Origin: Octopus sinensis
Taxonomy: Eukaryota
NCBI RefSeq assembly: GCF_006345805.1
Contig: NW_021827925.1
Coordinates: 1 to 9,489, forward strand
Reading direction: 5' to 3'
Length of the DNA: 9,489 bases
Part shown: positions 7,204-9,489 of the stretch, one piece after another
Layout of the letters: every line of letters starts with the position of its first letter
Numbering within the stretch: position 1 is the stretch's first letter
The notes under the pieces: model-generated
Told to the model about the DNA's origin: nothing
What the model saw: the letters and a program-made list of their open reading frames with translations, nothing else
Database searches by the model: none
Made by a program: the position numbers and the translations under genes

Positions 7204-9013
7204 CGTTCTTCGCCAAGGATCTTCTTGGCCTCGGCAACGTTGCAGTGTAGCATTTCCTCTACACTGCAATTCATCTCCCTACAAAATTTTAATAGGGAAA
7301 CGCATAATTGCACCGCAGGACTAATACTGTCCTGCGGTACACGCTCGCCAGGGGTGAGTGCAATGGCATCTCCACGTATGGAGGACGCCTTTTCAGCCCC
7401 AGGTTGTGCCGGACGGCGCCGCCGTTAGCCGCCTCAGAAGGCATTGCCGGCTTAGGCAACCAAGCGGACTCGGAAGCTTTCACCTGCTTTGCCAACTTTG
7501 TCGGCGAAGGCTGCACCGACCCACACGTAGCATGGCTCACAGGTTCCACTGTCTTCGCCACCCAAACGGATTGGAAGGTTTGGCCAGTATCGCCTGCTTG
7601 CCAGGTTTTGGCGCAGGGCGCGCGACGCGACGCGGGCGACTTACTGTTGGGATTACATCCCCACCTACCTTCGGGTTGCCTCCTTGAACTTGGGGCAACC
7701 TCTGAAGTTGGCAGTGTGTCCCAACTTACCACAGTTGACACACTGCCTCTCCTTGGATGGTGAGGGGCACGTCTTGCGACCATGCTCCCCACCGCAAATA
7801 AGGCACTTCGCCTTATCCGGGCACTTTGTGGAGATGTGCCCGAACCCCTGACACCGAAAGCATTGGGTGGCTTTCGGGCGGGGCCAGGCAGCTCTCATCC
7901 TAATGTAGCCGATCCTGGTACCAAGAAGTACCAGGCGCTCAGCTTCTGCAGGAGATCCCAGTGTAATCTCCACCACTTCAAGAGGGCGATTACCCTGCTT
8001 GAAGCGTGCAATGGCAGAGGCACTGGGGTACTCCTGCTGCAGATGACCTAGGAGGTCATTATCCTCGAAGTCCCGAGGAACCCCGAGGAGGAGGACACTT
8101 ACCTTACTTACCTTACGTTCGATCCTGACAAGGCGATGCATGCCAGGACCGAACGGATTTGACTTCTCCAGCTCCCCTTTGAAGTTGGAGAAGTCATCCT
8201 CCTTCTCCCACCCAAGCAGGAATTGGGTGGGCTCCCTCTTCAGGACTCTATACAGCTTTGAAGGCTGGATAGAGTCTAACGTACCTAAGATCTTTATGAC
8301 CGAGGCCTTCCCACTTGTAGGGAGGACCTCAAGTCGTGCCACAGCACCGAAGGTAATTCTGCCCCCGGCGCCAGTGGTCTTCTTTGGTGGTGCATCCGCC
8401 TGATCGGACACACACCCAGTACCAAAACATTAGGGGGGGTTGGACGGCCAGCCGCACGTTTGGGTTTCCCCACCGTGTACCAACCGTCCTCTAGGGCAAC
8501 CTTATTTTCTGCCGTACCCACCGGGACGGCCTCAGGAGACGACACCCTGTTGGCATTAATTGACTTACCTAGGCTGAGTTTGGTACCACTAGACAAACCG
8601 CAAACACGTGGCGAACCAGCATGCTGTGCGGTTGTGGTGGATACCAAACGATCAGAACCAGTTGCACCTGCAGCTCCCCCGACACCAGCCATAGGGGGAG
8701 CAGAGGAAGAAGTGTCTCCAGTGAGTGCTGAACCCACCTGGGAGGGTCCAGGCTTCGACCTCCTGCTTTGACCTAAAGAATTAAAAACACCACTAGAATA
8801 GCCGGAAGCGCGTGGCGGTGAACCACGGCTCCGGCAATTCATCGTAGTGGCACACTGAACCGTCTTGTCCTTCTGGGAGAGCGAGGCGGGAACACCTCCA
8901 CTTCTGCATAGTCTTCTTAGTGCAGACAGCTTGCGAGCAGATTTTGCAGACAACTGTTTCCTTGGTACTTTTGCACCAGTAGATTTTCGAGCCGTTTGTT
9001 TTGTTCTAGCCAT
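7191..9013 (-). CDS. ORF1 (Gag-like) of unit A2 with an N-terminal histone H3 tail; frameshifted
   Basis: Same protein as 4494-6315, with indels at different positions. It ends ...[11 protein letters not shown] across the deletion junction. Confidence 0.88.
8930..9013 (-). other. H3: Histone H3 N-terminal tail (residues 1-27) in frame with ORF1, second copy
   Basis: Identical translation to 6232-6315. Confidence 0.95.
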
Positions 9014-9019
9014 ATTTTA

Positions 9020-9217
9020 TTATTTCCCGGTCAAAAGAATAGCTTGCGTGTTGCCGCGCATGATTGTACCAGAGATCCTCTGTCTTAGCCAAGAAGATTC
9101 GCTTGCATCCATGTTTCTCCGAGCGATAAGGAGGCAGACGTGTTTTAAGAACTTGGATGTTTGCGGGACAAAGGCTGCGGAGATCTCGAATGCCAAAGGG
9201 ACAATTACTAGTTGCAT
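9020..9217 (-). other. Second copy of the 65-aa spacer ORF
   Basis: Identical translation to 6322-6519. Confidence 0.25.
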
Positions 9218-9279
9218 TTGGATTGTTGAAATAGTTATTTAAAGAACAAATAAATAAAAAAACAATTATTTTTAAAGTG

Positions 9280-9489
9280 TTATTTGGTATTCGTGTACTT
9301 AGTAACTGCCTTTGCACCCTCTGTAATAGCATGTTTTGCCAATTCACCGGAAGAATCAGACGAACTGCAGTCTGTATTTCACGTGAGGTAATGGTAGCCT
9401 TCGAATTCTGATAGACTAGATTTGATGCCTCGGTTTTTATTTTGTCATAAACATCAAATGTAAAACTGTCCATAGCCATCATAGCCTTC
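9280..9489 (-). pseudogene. H2B: Histone H2B C-terminal half, second copy (cut by window edge)
   Basis: After one missing base it reads ...LILP(G)[21 protein letters not shown], a canonical-like H2B C-terminus with TAA at 9282-9280. Confidence 0.92.

Larger units (their letters stand above)
6798..9489 (-). mobile_element. Family A copy 2: ORF1-only (non-autonomous) unit with a short ORF2 3' remnant; 5' end off the window
   Basis: 7205-9489 is nearly identical to 4500-6790 (offset about 2.7 kb; the H3 ATGs are 2698 nt apart). At 7203 it switches to the post-RT end of ORF2 and a 3' tail ending AATAAAAAA. Confidence 0.85.
7205..9489. repeat. ~2.3-kb near-identical direct repeat of 4500-6790
   Basis: Base-by-base colinearity with only scattered substitutions and 1-3 nt indels. 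Confidence 0.95.

Noticed and set aside
424-8771. All + strand ORFs in the track (e.g. 968-1474, 4339-5001, 5681-6103, 6167-6544, 7308-7763)
   Set aside because: They are antisense shadows of the minus-strand ORF1, ORF2 and histone sequences, with no recognisable motifs.
1-9489. CRISPR array, LTRs, terminal inverted repeats, canonical telomere repeats, target-site duplications
   Set aside because: None were seen. The 2.3-kb direct repeat contains ORF1 and there is no integrase, protease or PBS, so it is not an LTR.

Overview
The window is a eukaryotic head-to-tail array of non-LTR (LINE) retrotransposons, all on the minus strand, resembling the Jockey/I group (three-zinc-knuckle ORF1; APE endonuclease plus RT ORF2). 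Read along the minus strand (9489 to 1) it contains three units. Unit A2 has a histone H2B 3' half, a spacer, ORF1 and only a ~400-bp 3' end, with ORF2 deleted. Unit A1 has the same H2B half, spacer and ORF1, then a full APE-RT ORF2 and 3' tail. Unit B is a distantly related family with ORF1 and the start of ORF2. The most striking feature is that family A ORF1 (Gag-like) begins with a histone H3 tail (residues 1-27, all six lysines kept) followed by an H4 helix-1-like motif. The diverged family B ORF1 keeps a piece of the same H3 tail plus two copies of the H4-like motif. This suggests an element-intrinsic histone-mimic Gag rather than a one-off insertion. Many single-base indels break the ORFs, at different places in the two A copies, so they may be long-read errors. 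All protein reconstructions and alignments were done by eye and no database search was run.
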